Shown in pieces: positions 19,880 through 30,216 of a DNA stretch of 64,000 nt. Under the pieces are notes generated by a model. That model was given only the letters and a program-made list of their open reading frames with translations, had not been told where the DNA came from and ran no database searches. Position 1 is the first letter of the stretch; each line of letters begins with the position of its first letter. The stretch is from Sulfurospirillaceae bacterium (lineage in GTDB: Bacteria > Campylobacterota > Campylobacteria > Campylobacterales > Sulfurospirillaceae). The position numbers and the translations under genes were made by a program. The DNA lies in NCBI GenBank assembly GCA_033723415.1, contig JAWVXD010000002.1, forward strand, positions 128,001 to 192,000, given 5' to 3'.

Positions 19880-21142
19880 CTAGAACCTGTATTTGATCGA
19901 AGCTCTTACTAAATGTGCCGAAGCATCTTTAAATGTACCATGCACTTTTGCGTTAGTTACCGTTCTTGTTTTTTTAGAATCATACAGATAAGCCAAGCCA
20001 AAACTTGTTGCTTTGCTAACTTTGTATTCAAAACCGAGTGAGTAAAGTTTAGCATCAGAATCCGGCAATTCAAATCCTAATGTGTTACTTGGTACCGGGC
20101 TTTTATCTATAGCAAATCCGGCCATAAGTTTTAATTTGTCGCTGTACTGGTGAGTAATACCTATTCTATAAGTATCTGAGTCTTTCCAATTTTTTGGAAT
20201 TGCAGCATCGAAGGCACTAGGTAAAATAGAACCTGGTAGCGTACCTGAATAATTAAAATCTAGATTTTTGTAGCTTGACCAATATACTCTTTCGTAAACC
20301 AATTCTACAGTAGTTTTATCGAATGAATAAGCCGCTGCCAAATCAAGAGTTGCCGGCAAAGGAATAGCTACTGATGCTGAACCATCATATGAACCCAAAT
20401 TAGTTCCAGCACCGACACCAGCAGCGATGAAACTATTTAATTTTGCAGTTCCCGTCACTGTCAAATTAACTTTTGAGCGATAAGTTGCAGAAAGTGTCAT
20501 ATCGTTGGTAGGCTTATAACTCAGTGCTAAATTATAGCCATAATCTATTGAATTTCCTGTCATGTCTCTACTTGCATCTATATATGATGGTGCCGCTGTT
20601 ACAGCCACTATTCCATCACTCTTAACAATTCCTTGCGTATAAACACCTCTAACTCCAAAACCGATAGCAAATTTATCATTAACTTTATAACTTGCAGTCG
20701 GATTTAATTCCATTATCTTTAATGTAAATTCTTGTGCAAAAGTTTTTGGATATGCGTCATCCCATCTTTTTGAAAGTCCGCCCGGTGCTACAAAAGATAA
20801 ACCAAATCTCCAGTTTTTGACTTCAGGTGACATATAATGGAAAGTAGGAACATAAAAATTTTCAACTTTTGAACTTCCACTGTACGTAGGAGATACACTG
20901 TCGGTATAGTTAATACTAGGCAACTTGATATAAGTCAATCCCAACTCCAACTCTGCACCTGATTGACTAAACGCCATATTTGCAGGATTATAATAACTTG
21001 CATCTGCCCCGTTTGCATTTGCCACATAAGCAGCGCTTAGTGCTACTGAGTTTAAAGACTGCTCCGGTATTTTATATCCGGCACCAAATAACGTTGCTGC
21101 GCTGAGACCCAGCAATGCTGTTACTTTTACATATTTTTTCAT
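19880..21142 (-). CDS. fadL: OmpP1/FadL family outer-membrane long-chain fatty acid transporter
   Basis: Signal peptide, GYKIPEQS, YYNPANM hatch motif, beta-strand pattern, C-terminal Phe. Confidence 0.88.
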   Translation of the reverse strand: MKKYVKVTALLGLSAATLFGAGYKIPEQSLNSVALSAAYVANANGADASYYNPANMAFSQSGAELELGLTYIKLPSINYTDSVSPTYSGSSKVENFYVPTFHYMSPEVKNWRFGLSFVAPGGLSKRWDDAYPKTFAQEFTLKIMELNPTASYKVNDKFAIGFGVRGVYTQGIVKSDGIVAVTAAPSYIDASRDMTGNSIDYGYNLALSYKPTNDMTLSATYRSKVNLTVTGTAKLNSFIAAGVGAGTNLGSYDGSASVAIPLPATLDLAAAYSFDKTTVELVYERVYWSSYKNLDFNYSGTLPGSILPSAFDAAIPKNWKDSDTYRIGITHQYSDKLKLMAGFAIDKSPVPSNTLGFELPDSDAKLYSLGFEYKVSKATSFGLAYLYDSKKTRTVTNAKVHGTFKDASAHLVRASIKYRF

Positions 21143-21152
21143 TTTTATCCTT

Positions 21153-21998
21153 TTAGTTTTTAATAAGAGAATATAAGAGATTTATCTCTTCTGCCCATAT
21201 GCTCTCATCAATAGTTTCAAGTACCATAGGTATATCATTAATTCTATCATCGTTCATGATAAGCCTAAAGGCTTCCAGGCCGATTTTACCCTTACCTAAA
21301 GAATCATGCCTGTCAACGCGACTACCCAAGTCAGGTTTTGAATCATTGAGATGCATACCTTTTAGATACTTAAATCCGATTATTGTATCAAATTTTTTCA
21401 TAGTTTGTTCATAGGTTTCTTGTGTTCTTATATCATAACCTGCCGTGAAAACATGGCACGTATCAATGCAAACACCGACTCTATCTTTATCTATGCAATT
21501 ATCTACCAAATATCCAAGATGTTCCAATTTGTAACCTAGATTGCTTCCTTGCCCTGCAGTATTTTCTATCACAAGTTGGACATTTTTAGTTCTTCTCAAT
21601 GCCTCGTTCATGGACTGGCTTATCAATTCTAAACAATTTTCTTCGCTAATTTTTTTTAGGTGACTACCTGGGTGAAAGTTCAATTTGTCCAAGCCCAACT
21701 GATCACATCTGTGCAACTCATCTATAAAAGCTTCAAGTGATTTCTCTCTTTGTTCTTTCTCAGGATGCCCTAAATTTATAAGATAACTATCATGAGGCAG
21801 AACATGACGAGGTAATATCTCAGAAATCTCTAGCTCTTTTTTAAATTTTGATATAACTTCCTCATCTAAGGGCTTAGCTACCCACTGTCTTTGGTTTTTT
21901 GTAAAAAGTGCGAAAGCTTTTGCACCTATTTGTTTTGCATTAATAGGAGCATTAAACACTCCTCCGCTCGCACTGACATGTGCGCCTATATACTTCAT
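21153..21998 (-). CDS. nfo: Endonuclease IV
   Basis: [34 protein letters not shown]. Confidence 0.96.
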   Translation of the reverse strand: MKYIGAHVSASGGVFNAPINAKQIGAKAFALFTKNQRQWVAKPLDEEVISKFKKELEISEILPRHVLPHDSYLINLGHPEKEQREKSLEAFIDELHRCDQLGLDKLNFHPGSHLKKISEENCLELISQSMNEALRRTKNVQLVIENTAGQGSNLGYKLEHLGYLVDNCIDKDRVGVCIDTCHVFTAGYDIRTQETYEQTMKKFDTIIGFKYLKGMHLNDSKPDLGSRVDRHDSLGKGKIGLEAFRLIMNDDRINDIPMVLETIDESIWAEEINLLYSLIKN

Positions 21999-22475
21999 CT
22001 AAATCCTTTCTAACTTGATCAATACTTTGTTTTGTCTATCTTTGAAGTAAATATTTCCATCTTCAATCTTATACAAAATATCATAATTTTTAGATTTTAT
22101 CCTCTGTTCAAAGCCGTCTTTTATGTATTTAATATTTTTTCCGTTATATATCTGATTTTTATTTAAAATATCATCCATTATATTTTTATAATACGGATAT
22201 CCAAATAATTTTGTATTAAAATCTTCTCTAGTAGTACATCTGCCGTTTAGACATGCTTTGTTCGATAATTTCAAATTTAAAACCAGACTACCGGCTGAAA
22301 ATATCTGTAGATTCTTGTATCTGCTGGATTTTTTTAAAAATCCAGCATCTGCTATACCTATATTTTGAGTTTTTACTACTATCTTATAAGGGTATGATAA
22401 AATAGCATCTTGTTTTATTGCACATCCTGAAAAAAACAATAATACAGATAAAAAGATAATTATATGTTTACGCAT
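21999..22475 (-). CDS. Putative lipoprotein of unknown function
   Basis: Lipobox FSGC after a hydrophobic leader; tightly packed in the operon. Confidence 0.75.
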   Translation of the reverse strand: MRKHIIIFLSVLLFFSGCAIKQDAILSYPYKIVVKTQNIGIADAGFLKKSSRYKNLQIFSAGSLVLNLKLSNKACLNGRCTTREDFNTKLFGYPYYKNIMDDILNKNQIYNGKNIKYIKDGFEQRIKSKNYDILYKIEDGNIYFKDRQNKVLIKLERI

Positions 22476-23367
22476 CTAAATCTCTTTTTTTATTTCTAAC
22501 ATAAGTCCCGAGTTCTGCGCTAAGCATTCCGAATATTATCAAAAAAGCACCTATGGATTGCTGTAATGAAAACACTTCATTTGCAAAAAAGTATCCAAAA
22601 AAACCTGCACTCACAGGCTCTAGAGTAAATATGATCGCAGTTTTTGCAGGAGTCGTGTATCTTTGCATTGCCGTTTGTACACCGAATGCAAAAACCGTAG
22701 CAAATACGACAGTTATGATTATGGCATTTAAAAATACGCCATCAAAGGCACTTGGCATGATCGTTTTATCAAATATCACGGCAGCTAACAAAGATAAGAC
22801 AGCAACGGTAAATAGCTCTATCGTAACGAGCAGAAGAACATTGTATTTTTTTGAGTACTTATCCGTAAATACTATATGTGAAGCAAACATAAACGCACAT
22901 ACCAAAGAGTAGAATTCTCCCTTGCCAAAGCCAATAGCACTATGTAATGTTAAGAAATATAATCCAAAAGCCGCACAAACTGCTCCAAATATTGAGTAAG
23001 GTGAAGCTGTTTTTTTGAAGATCATGAAAAGTAACAGCGGCACTATGATAACATTGAGTCCTGTGACAAAAGCTACCGTAGATGAATACGTAAATAAAAG
23101 TCCAAATGTTTGAAAAGCAAAGCCTAGAAACATAAAAATTCCCAACAATATTCCGGCTTTTAAAATTTGTCTATCTATTAATATAAGTTTTTTGTATGAA
23201 ATCAAAGACATCAGTATTGCGGCAAACAGGAATCTCCAAAAAAGAAACACATATACCGGCGTTTCTCTAATAGCATCTTGAACTATAAAAAAAGTACTTC
23301 CCCAAGCCAATGCTACCAAAAGAAGTAAAAAATCAGCACCATACTCTCGTATTCTTGACATGATCAT
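22468..23367 (-). CDS. DMT/EamA family transporter
   Basis: WGSTF, two EamA repeats, LEPV motif, about 10 TM. Confidence 0.9.
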   Translation of the reverse strand: MIMSRIREYGADFLLLLVALAWGSTFFIVQDAIRETPVYVFLFWRFLFAAILMSLISYKKLILIDRQILKAGILLGIFMFLGFAFQTFGLLFTYSSTVAFVTGLNVIIVPLLLFMIFKKTASPYSIFGAVCAAFGLYFLTLHSAIGFGKGEFYSLVCAFMFASHIVFTDKYSKKYNVLLLVTIELFTVAVLSLLAAVIFDKTIMPSAFDGVFLNAIIITVVFATVFAFGVQTAMQRYTTPAKTAIIFTLEPVSAGFFGYFFANEVFSLQQSIGAFLIIFGMLSAELGTYVRNKKRDLDA

Positions 23368-23554
23368 AATCTAAACCTTTTTGTGAAAGTGTAATAATAT
23401 CAAAAATTACTCAAATTTATTTACTAAAAACCAAAAGATTAATAAATAGGCAATTTATTACATTTATTTATCTTATTTTTAGATATTATTGCTAGAATAA
23501 CTTTTTACAAAGTTTCATTTAAACTTAAAAAAGTTCTACAGCAGAAAGGTGTGA

Positions 23555-24292
23555 ATGGATAATATAGTCAGCATGAAGAATATAGATAAATATTTTGGAG
23601 ATTTTCATGCACTCAAAAACATAAATTTTGAAGTAAAGCAGGGTGAGATAGTTGTTATATGCGGTCCCAGCGGGAGCGGAAAATCAACTTTGATAAGATG
23701 TATCAACAGACTTGAGGATATAGACAGCGGAGAGTTAATAGTTGATGGCATGGACGCATACAGTAAAAAGACAAGATTAAATGAGCTTCGTGCTGAAACA
23801 GGTATGGTTTTTCAGCATTTTAATCTTTTCCCACATTTAACTATACTAGAAAATATTACTATAGCGCAAGAAAAAGTTAAAAAGATTTCAAAACATGATG
23901 CAAAAGAAAACGCATTACTACTTTTAGAAAAAGTCGGTTTAGTTCACAAAGCCGAAGGATATCCGAATGAATTAAGCGGCGGACAAAAACAACGTGTTGC
24001 TATAGCTAGGACTTTAGCTATGAAACCAAAAGTCTTATTATTTGACGAACCGACAAGTGCACTTGACCCAGAGATGATCGGTGGGGTTTTAGATGTAATG
24101 AGACAACTAGCTCATGAGAACTATACTATTGTCTGTGTTACCCATGAAATGGGATTTGCAAAAGAAGTTTGCAACAGAGTAGTCTTCATGGATGAAGGTG
24201 AGATCATAGAAGAAGGAACACCTAAAGAGTTTTTTGCTCACCCAAAAACTGACAGAGCTAAGAAGTTTTTACAAGAAATATTGACACATTAA
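23555..24292 (+). CDS. Polar amino acid ABC transporter ATP-binding protein (GlnQ family)
   Basis: [28 protein letters not shown]. Confidence 0.94.
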   Translation: MDNIVSMKNIDKYFGDFHALKNINFEVKQGEIVVICGPSGSGKSTLIRCINRLEDIDSGELIVDGMDAYSKKTRLNELRAETGMVFQHFNLFPHLTILENITIAQEKVKKISKHDAKENALLLLEKVGLVHKAEGYPNELSGGQKQRVAIARTLAMKPKVLLFDEPTSALDPEMIGGVLDVMRQLAHENYTIVCVTHEMGFAKEVCNRVVFMDEGEIIEEGTPKEFFAHPKTDRAKKFLQEILTH

Positions 24293-24318
24293 ATTTTAAA
24301 AAATCTTAAGGAGTATAA

Positions 24319-25119
24319 ATGAAGAAAATAATGGCGGCATTGTTGCTAATGCTTGGACTACACTTGATGGCTGATGATATCGGCTTGTGGCAAAAATCTA
24401 CTTTAAATTCTATCTTACAAAAAGGTGAACTAAGAGTTGGATTAGAAGCTGGTTACATGCCTTTTGAGATGAAAGACAAAAAAGGTGAAATCATAGGTTT
24501 CGATGTTGATTTGGCAAAAGCTATGGCAAAAGCTATGGGCGTCAAATTGGTACTTGTTCCAACAGCTTGGGATGGTATAATCGCTGGTTTATTGGCTGGC
24601 AAGTATGACATCATCATGTCTGGTATGACTATCACGCAAGAGAGAAATTTAAAAGTTAACTTTGCTAACCCATATATTAGTGTCGGTCAAACAATCTTAG
24701 CTAAGAAAAAATTTGCAGGTAAAACCTGGAGAGATTTAGATAAGCCTCAATACACAATTGTAACAAAACTAGGTGTTACAGGTGAAATCGCAACAAGAAA
24801 AATGTTTAAACACGCAAAAATCAGAACTTTCGATACAGAAACTGATGCCGTTCAAGAAGTCATGAATGGAAGAGCTGATGGTTTTGTTTACGACAAACCT
24901 TATAATGCAATATTCTATGCAGCAAAAGGTAAAGGCAAACTAGCTTTCCTAAGCCAAGACCTGACATATGAACCACTAGGTTGGGCTGTTAAAAAAGGTG
25001 ACCCAGATTTTCTAAATTGGTTAGATAACTTCCTAAACCAAGTAAAACATGATGGAATTTACAAAAAAATCTATGACAGATGGTTTAAAAGTACCATATG
25101 GCAAAAAAAGGTAATGTAA
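24319..25119 (+). CDS. Polar amino acid ABC transporter substrate-binding protein (family 3)
   Basis: Signal peptide, YMPFE, GFDVDLA, SGMTITQER. Confidence 0.92.
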   Translation: MKKIMAALLLMLGLHLMADDIGLWQKSTLNSILQKGELRVGLEAGYMPFEMKDKKGEIIGFDVDLAKAMAKAMGVKLVLVPTAWDGIIAGLLAGKYDIIMSGMTITQERNLKVNFANPYISVGQTILAKKKFAGKTWRDLDKPQYTIVTKLGVTGEIATRKMFKHAKIRTFDTETDAVQEVMNGRADGFVYDKPYNAIFYAAKGKGKLAFLSQDLTYEPLGWAVKKGDPDFLNWLDNFLNQVKHDGIYKKIYDRWFKSTIWQKKVM

Positions 25120-26085
25120 TTGTCTAAAAAACATAAATCATTATTAGAAAATAAAATCTTCGGCCACTTTGTGGCCGTAGCTTTTTTTATACTGATGGGG
25201 TATTCACTGTTTCTTGCAGCTTCCCATATGAACTACATTTGGAAATGGAACAGCGTTCCTAAATATTTTGCTTACCAAAAAGAGATTACTCTTAAAGCCC
25301 CGATAGACGGAGCTATTAAAGTATCCGGCAATCAGATAACCGTACGTGGACAAAGTGATTCCCAAGTTGTTAAAATTCCTGATCAGTATAAAATCGTTGT
25401 AAGTAGCGGAGATGATGTGTACCAGGGAGATAACCTGGCATCATATAAAGAATGGGAAAGAGGACCATTAATCAACGGTCTTATCGTAACATTAAAAATA
25501 TCTGCATTAGCCGCAGTCATAGCGTTTCTTCTCGCTTCCGTTTTGGCGTTTATGAGAATTTCAAATTTTCACTTTTTGCAAGATATAGCAACATTTTACA
25601 TAGCTGTTATCAGAGGGACTCCTCTTTTAGTACAGATATTTATCTTTTACTTTATAATTGCGACTATATTTAGTTTAGAGAGGTTTATGGCCGGTGCTAT
25701 TTCTTTAGGACTTTTTTATGCTGCATATATTGCAGAAGTTTTAAGAGGTGCAATACAATCAGTAGATAGAGGTCAGTACGAAGCTGCCAAATCTTTGGGT
25801 ATGAATTATGCACAAACTATGAAAAGTATCATCATGCCTCAAGCACTAAAGCGAGCTCTTCCTACTCTTGTTGGTGAGATCATTGCAATGGTAAAAGACT
25901 CTTCTTTGGTATCTGTTATATCAATTACGGATCTAACAAAAGTCGGTAGAGAAATTGTTGCAAATACATTTTCTCCGTTTGAAACTTGGCTGATAGTTGC
26001 AGCAATGTATTTTGCCGTGACATTTATATTATCTATACTTGGAAGAAAGTTAGAAAACAGAATGAAAAAACAAGGCGGAATGTAA
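25120..26085 (+). CDS. Polar amino acid ABC permease with an extra periplasmic beta-rich insert
   Basis: IRGTPLLVQ, AYIAEVLRG, EAA motif GQYEAAKSLG, KDSSL. Confidence 0.92.
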   Translation: MSKKHKSLLENKIFGHFVAVAFFILMGYSLFLAASHMNYIWKWNSVPKYFAYQKEITLKAPIDGAIKVSGNQITVRGQSDSQVVKIPDQYKIVVSSGDDVYQGDNLASYKEWERGPLINGLIVTLKISALAAVIAFLLASVLAFMRISNFHFLQDIATFYIAVIRGTPLLVQIFIFYFIIATIFSLERFMAGAISLGLFYAAYIAEVLRGAIQSVDRGQYEAAKSLGMNYAQTMKSIIMPQALKRALPTLVGEIIAMVKDSSLVSVISITDLTKVGREIVANTFSPFETWLIVAAMYFAVTFILSILGRKLENRMKKQGGM

Positions 26086-26107
26086 GATCATCTTACACTT
26101 TCGCCTT
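26072..26107. terminator. Probable bidirectional terminator hairpin between convergent genes
   Basis: AAGGCGGAATGTAAGAT-C-ATCTTACACTTTCGCCTT imperfect inverted repeat overlapping the permease stop. Confidence 0.6.
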
Positions 26108-26108
26108 T

Positions 26109-26864
26109 CTACCTTTTTAGGTTCTTAGTTAACTCCCTTTTTGCATCGGCATATCCTAATTCAAATAACTCATCAAAATGTTTAAAAGAAAATAAACTGT
26201 ATTTTGGCAATTTATCAGATGTTATATAAACATCACAGGCACTTTCATTTTCCAAACTATTTCCGTACATACTTATTAAAAGTGCTCTTTTGATATTTCC
26301 GACTATAGTTTCATTGGTGTTTTTTTGAAAAATAGGATGTAAATTTACTCCCACCATCGGACAAAAATACTGCTTCAAAGGCTGAATAGGCATATGATTT
26401 TTTGTTCCGCCGTCTATTAGTTTATACTCCAAATAATCAACTGCAGGGAAAAGTGGAATCAGAGCAGATGATGCTTGACATATTGTTTTAATATCACCTT
26501 CATCAAAATAGTGGTTCTTCCCGCTTTTCATATCTACCGCCGTAATATAAAGAGGTATTTTCAGATCTTCAATATTTTTACTTTTAACTAATTTGTCTAG
26601 TAATTTATGTTTTAGATCTATCTTAAAAAGTGACTTTCTAAAATAATTAAATGAAAATAGACTTCTAAATTCTTTTGATTTAATAATTTCAAGTTGCTCT
26701 CTTGGAGTCACCCCGCTTAAATAACTGGCGGCAATAATCGAACCGATCGATGTTGCGCATATTGCTTCTATATAAATCTTCTTTTTATCAATATATTCTA
26801 ATACTCCAAGATGGTATGCCCCTCTTGCAGCACCGCCTGAAAGAGCAAGTGTTATATTTGTCAT
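26109..26864 (-). CDS. Patatin-like phospholipase
   Basis: LSGGAARG oxyanion loop, ATSIG nucleophile elbow, DGG. Confidence 0.88.
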   Translation of the reverse strand: MTNITLALSGGAARGAYHLGVLEYIDKKKIYIEAICATSIGSIIAASYLSGVTPREQLEIIKSKEFRSLFSFNYFRKSLFKIDLKHKLLDKLVKSKNIEDLKIPLYITAVDMKSGKNHYFDEGDIKTICQASSALIPLFPAVDYLEYKLIDGGTKNHMPIQPLKQYFCPMVGVNLHPIFQKNTNETIVGNIKRALLISMYGNSLENESACDVYITSDKLPKYSLFSFKHFDELFELGYADAKRELTKNLKR

Positions 26865-27598
26865 CTATTCAGCCAACTTATGATTTCAAAGCTTCCGTCA
26901 TAATTTTCAACCAATGCAGTACATGACTCAACCCAGTCACCGCAATTTAAATACTCAATTTCATCTATAGTTTTGAGCTCAGCCTTGTGAATGTGCCCAC
27001 AAATCACGCCATGATAATTTTGTCTTTTGGCATGCATTGACAATACTTCCTCAAAATTCGTTATAAAACTGACTGAACTTTTCACATTATCTTTTACATA
27101 TTTTGATAAAGACCAATGCCTTTCAATATGAAGTCTCCTTCTTGCAATGTTTAGAAGATGATTTATATAAAGTACAAAATCATATCCAATGTCTCCAAGG
27201 ATCGCCAGCCATTTTTTTGTCATAGTAATACTGTCAAAGAAATCTCCGTGCGTGATTAGGTATCTCTTGCCATTTATAGCTTCATATTCCATTTCATTTT
27301 TTATCTCCAAATTGTCACCGACAAAAAAAGGTGCGAAAGGTCTCAAGAATTCATCATGATTACCTGTAATATAGTGTACTTTTGTACCTTTTCTAGCTTT
27401 TCTTATAACTTTCTGTATAACATCAGAATGAGCTTGTGCCCATTTGAATTTTCTTTTGATCGCCCAGCCGTCTATAATATCCCCGACAAATATCAAAGAT
27501 TCTGATTCATTTTCTCTCAAAAAATCTAAGAAAAGTTCAGCTTGTGCAAATCTAGTGCCTAAGTGCATATCCGATATAAATATAGTTTTGTATTTCAT
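26861..27598 (-). CDS. Metallophosphoesterase, PlcP (phospholipase C)/LpxH-like family
   Basis: ISDMHLG, VGDIIDGW, GNHDE, HGD, CGHIH, NCGDWVESCTA; overall pattern resembles PlcP. Confidence 0.82.
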   Translation of the reverse strand: MKYKTIFISDMHLGTRFAQAELFLDFLRENESESLIFVGDIIDGWAIKRKFKWAQAHSDVIQKVIRKARKGTKVHYITGNHDEFLRPFAPFFVGDNLEIKNEMEYEAINGKRYLITHGDFFDSITMTKKWLAILGDIGYDFVLYINHLLNIARRRLHIERHWSLSKYVKDNVKSSVSFITNFEEVLSMHAKRQNYHGVICGHIHKAELKTIDEIEYLNCGDWVESCTALVENYDGSFEIISWLNR

Positions 27599-27605
27599 GT
27601 CAAGA

Positions 27606-27637
27606 AGTCTACAGTTATTTGGTTACAAAAAAGAAAC
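27606..27637 (-). promoter_or_regulatory. Putative Pho-box-like direct repeat plus -10 for the phosphoesterase gene
   Basis: Minus strand GTTTC-N6-GTAAC-N10-TAGACT-N7-ATG. Confidence 0.45.
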
Positions 27638-27681
27638 AAAAATACAAATGATTTATATGAAAGTTATTGTATAATTTCACT

Positions 27682-29061
27682 ATGAGTGCAAAAATATTTA
27701 TAGTTGATACTAACATAATCCTTCAAGGTCTTCACAATATAACTAATTTGTCTGAAAGCGGTAAAAATATTATCGTAATAGCAGAAACAGTTTTGATCGA
27801 AGTTGAAAATAAAAAGAAACTACTTGATGATGTAGGCTACAATGCAAGAGAATTTGCAAGATTCTTAGCAAATGCCGAAGTTAAGAAAATAGAGCAAAAT
27901 AATGGCTTTAAAGTAGTTAGAATGTCAAATGACGACATCATTATAGACATCATTTCCAAAGATCATTACGAAACACAAATCTCAAACAGTAATATGGCAG
28001 AAAGCAATGATAAAAGGATCATCGAAGTAGCTGAACTTGCCAAACATTACTACAAAAATCACAAAGTGACATTCTTGTCTATAGATGTCTATGCTAGGAT
28101 ATTTGCCCTTTTAAAAGAAGTATCTACAGAAACTCTGAGAGAAGACAGAGCAGAAGTACCAAAGATAGAATTATTTAAAAAAATCCAAGTCGATCAAGAA
28201 ACATTGGATCGATTAAATGACAGAGATATAGAACTTATAGACAGTGAATATCAAAGCTGCAATAAAAGTTACGAATTCTCAACAATAGAAGGCAAGAAAG
28301 AGTATGGGATTATACACAACAAAAGAATTTTATTACATACAAAAAATGATTTTACAGGTTTCAAAGTCAAGCCTGTAAATATAAATCAAAAACTACTTAT
28401 GAAAGCAATAACGAGCAATCTTTATGATCTTATAGTCGTTGATGCAAAAGCAGGAAGCGGGAAAACTCTTTTATCTGTATACGGTGCTATGAAACTTATA
28501 TCCCAAGGATTATATGACAAGATCGTTTATACAAGAAATTCTATTGAAAGTTTGGATAAAGGTGCTGATATAGGATATCTTTCAGGAAATGAAGAAAAAT
28601 TTCGTGTTTATAACATGGCTCTTTATGATACCTTGGAATTTATCGCAAAATTTATGTTAAAAAAACAAGATGCCACAGAAAATGTAGATATCATTAAAAC
28701 AAAAGTCGAAGAATTAATGATTAAATACCGTATAGAAAAGCTCTGGCCCGGCGAAGCTAGAGGAAGAACGCTAAGCAATGCTATCGTGATCTTAGATGAG
28801 TGGCAAAACAGCTCTCAAAGTACGACTCAACTAATATTATCAAGACTAGATAACAGCTGTATGGCGATTGTAATAGGCTCAAATAGACAAATAGATAACT
28901 TATATCTTAATAAATATAACAATGGATTGACAAGTCTTATAAAGCAAACTCAGCATCCAACAAAAGAACTTAGTATATTTGCGATAGATCTACAAACTGC
29001 CGTTCGTGGAAAATTTGCAGAATTTAGCGAAAGAATATATGAGAATAAAGCAAGAAACTAA
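27682..29061 (+). CDS. PIN-PhoH protein (PhoH2/YlaK family, RNase plus ATPase)
   Basis: PIN motif IVDTN..., ND.RII; Walker A AKAGSGKT; RGRTL, LDEWQN, QID. ATG at 27682 is the likely start (ORF track uses TTG at 27667). Confidence 0.88.
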   Translation: MSAKIFIVDTNIILQGLHNITNLSESGKNIIVIAETVLIEVENKKKLLDDVGYNAREFARFLANAEVKKIEQNNGFKVVRMSNDDIIIDIISKDHYETQISNSNMAESNDKRIIEVAELAKHYYKNHKVTFLSIDVYARIFALLKEVSTETLREDRAEVPKIELFKKIQVDQETLDRLNDRDIELIDSEYQSCNKSYEFSTIEGKKEYGIIHNKRILLHTKNDFTGFKVKPVNINQKLLMKAITSNLYDLIVVDAKAGSGKTLLSVYGAMKLISQGLYDKIVYTRNSIESLDKGADIGYLSGNEEKFRVYNMALYDTLEFIAKFMLKKQDATENVDIIKTKVEELMIKYRIEKLWPGEARGRTLSNAIVILDEWQNSSQSTTQLILSRLDNSCMAIVIGSNRQIDNLYLNKYNNGLTSLIKQTQHPTKELSIFAIDLQTAVRGKFAEFSERIYENKARN

Positions 29062-30182
29062 ACTTTATAGTTTTGTAACTCCAATTTTAACTCTTCAATT
29101 ATACTCTTCTGTCTTTTCTTGATATAATCTAATATACGAGTCAAATTTTCTTGATCGGGAAAAATCTTTAAGCAATACCTATATGAGTTATCATATTCGA
29201 TTATATTGACTATTTCACCTTTTGTTTCCAGCTTACAAACTTTGCACTTTTTATTTGGTTCATCAAGCAATAATGAGACAAAAACCTGAGCTCCTACATA
29301 AAATCCTGTATTCTCGTTACTTATAAAACCCAGACCGTTTTGAGACAAATCATATAAATTACCTCTCACCTGCTCGCTTTCACTGCCATGTAAAGATACT
29401 TGAGCTAGCATATCAGGATAAATTCTCATAAATTCTCGATTGACAGCAGGCATATTTAGAAGATACACAAAATTAGTAAGAGTCACTGTATGATCATAAA
29501 AATTGATATATTCTACATCGGCCTTGACATGCCTTGGTAAATACTCATTTTGTATAATATGAGCAGCCCCTTTTAATTTCATAGCTATTTCTTGAAATTC
29601 GTTTGTAACTTTGAAAACCACCCTGTTGTCGCCGATATCTATAATCTTTCCTTCATGACTAATAGGCATACCCTGATAAAGATTCATAAACGTAACAGTT
29701 TTCTTTTCATCTCTCATATGACTTAATATCTCAACTATATTATTTTTGGTGATGATTATATTATCATGAGAAAAATTTACTTTAGAATTTACAGTAAAGG
29801 TTCTTTCTCTTATCGCTTTTTCAAATAGATATGAAAACTTGCTGAGGTGGTGTATACACATAGATAAATATTCAAAATTATTTTTTGGATTTTCACGTAA
29901 GAAGATAGAGTAGTGTTCCAATACATACAGTAAACTTTTATTTAACAAAAAGTTTGGTAAATGGCATTGTCCTGTTGCATTTAAAAATATTTCAAGACTT
30001 TCATCTCTGATTTGAATGTCTTCTTTAATCATGTTTGCCAAGATATCCATTCCTAAAACTTCACACTTCTCAGCCGTAATTGCATAATAATACATTTCAC
30101 ACTGAGATCTTAAAAATTTTAGAAACTCTTTTTCAAAATTATTTACAAATACCTTGAAGCTGTATACGAAAGAATTTGTCAT
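29058..30182 (-). CDS. PilZ-domain protein (putative c-di-GMP receptor)
   Basis: RxxxR (REFMR) and DxSxxG (DLSQNG) in the C-terminal domain. Confidence 0.78.
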   Translation of the reverse strand: MTNSFVYSFKVFVNNFEKEFLKFLRSQCEMYYYAITAEKCEVLGMDILANMIKEDIQIRDESLEIFLNATGQCHLPNFLLNKSLLYVLEHYSIFLRENPKNNFEYLSMCIHHLSKFSYLFEKAIRERTFTVNSKVNFSHDNIIITKNNIVEILSHMRDEKKTVTFMNLYQGMPISHEGKIIDIGDNRVVFKVTNEFQEIAMKLKGAAHIIQNEYLPRHVKADVEYINFYDHTVTLTNFVYLLNMPAVNREFMRIYPDMLAQVSLHGSESEQVRGNLYDLSQNGLGFISNENTGFYVGAQVFVSLLLDEPNKKCKVCKLETKGEIVNIIEYDNSYRYCLKIFPDQENLTRILDYIKKRQKSIIEELKLELQNYKV

Positions 30183-30216
30183 TTATATACTCACTATATT
30201 GTTTTTATAGACTTAG

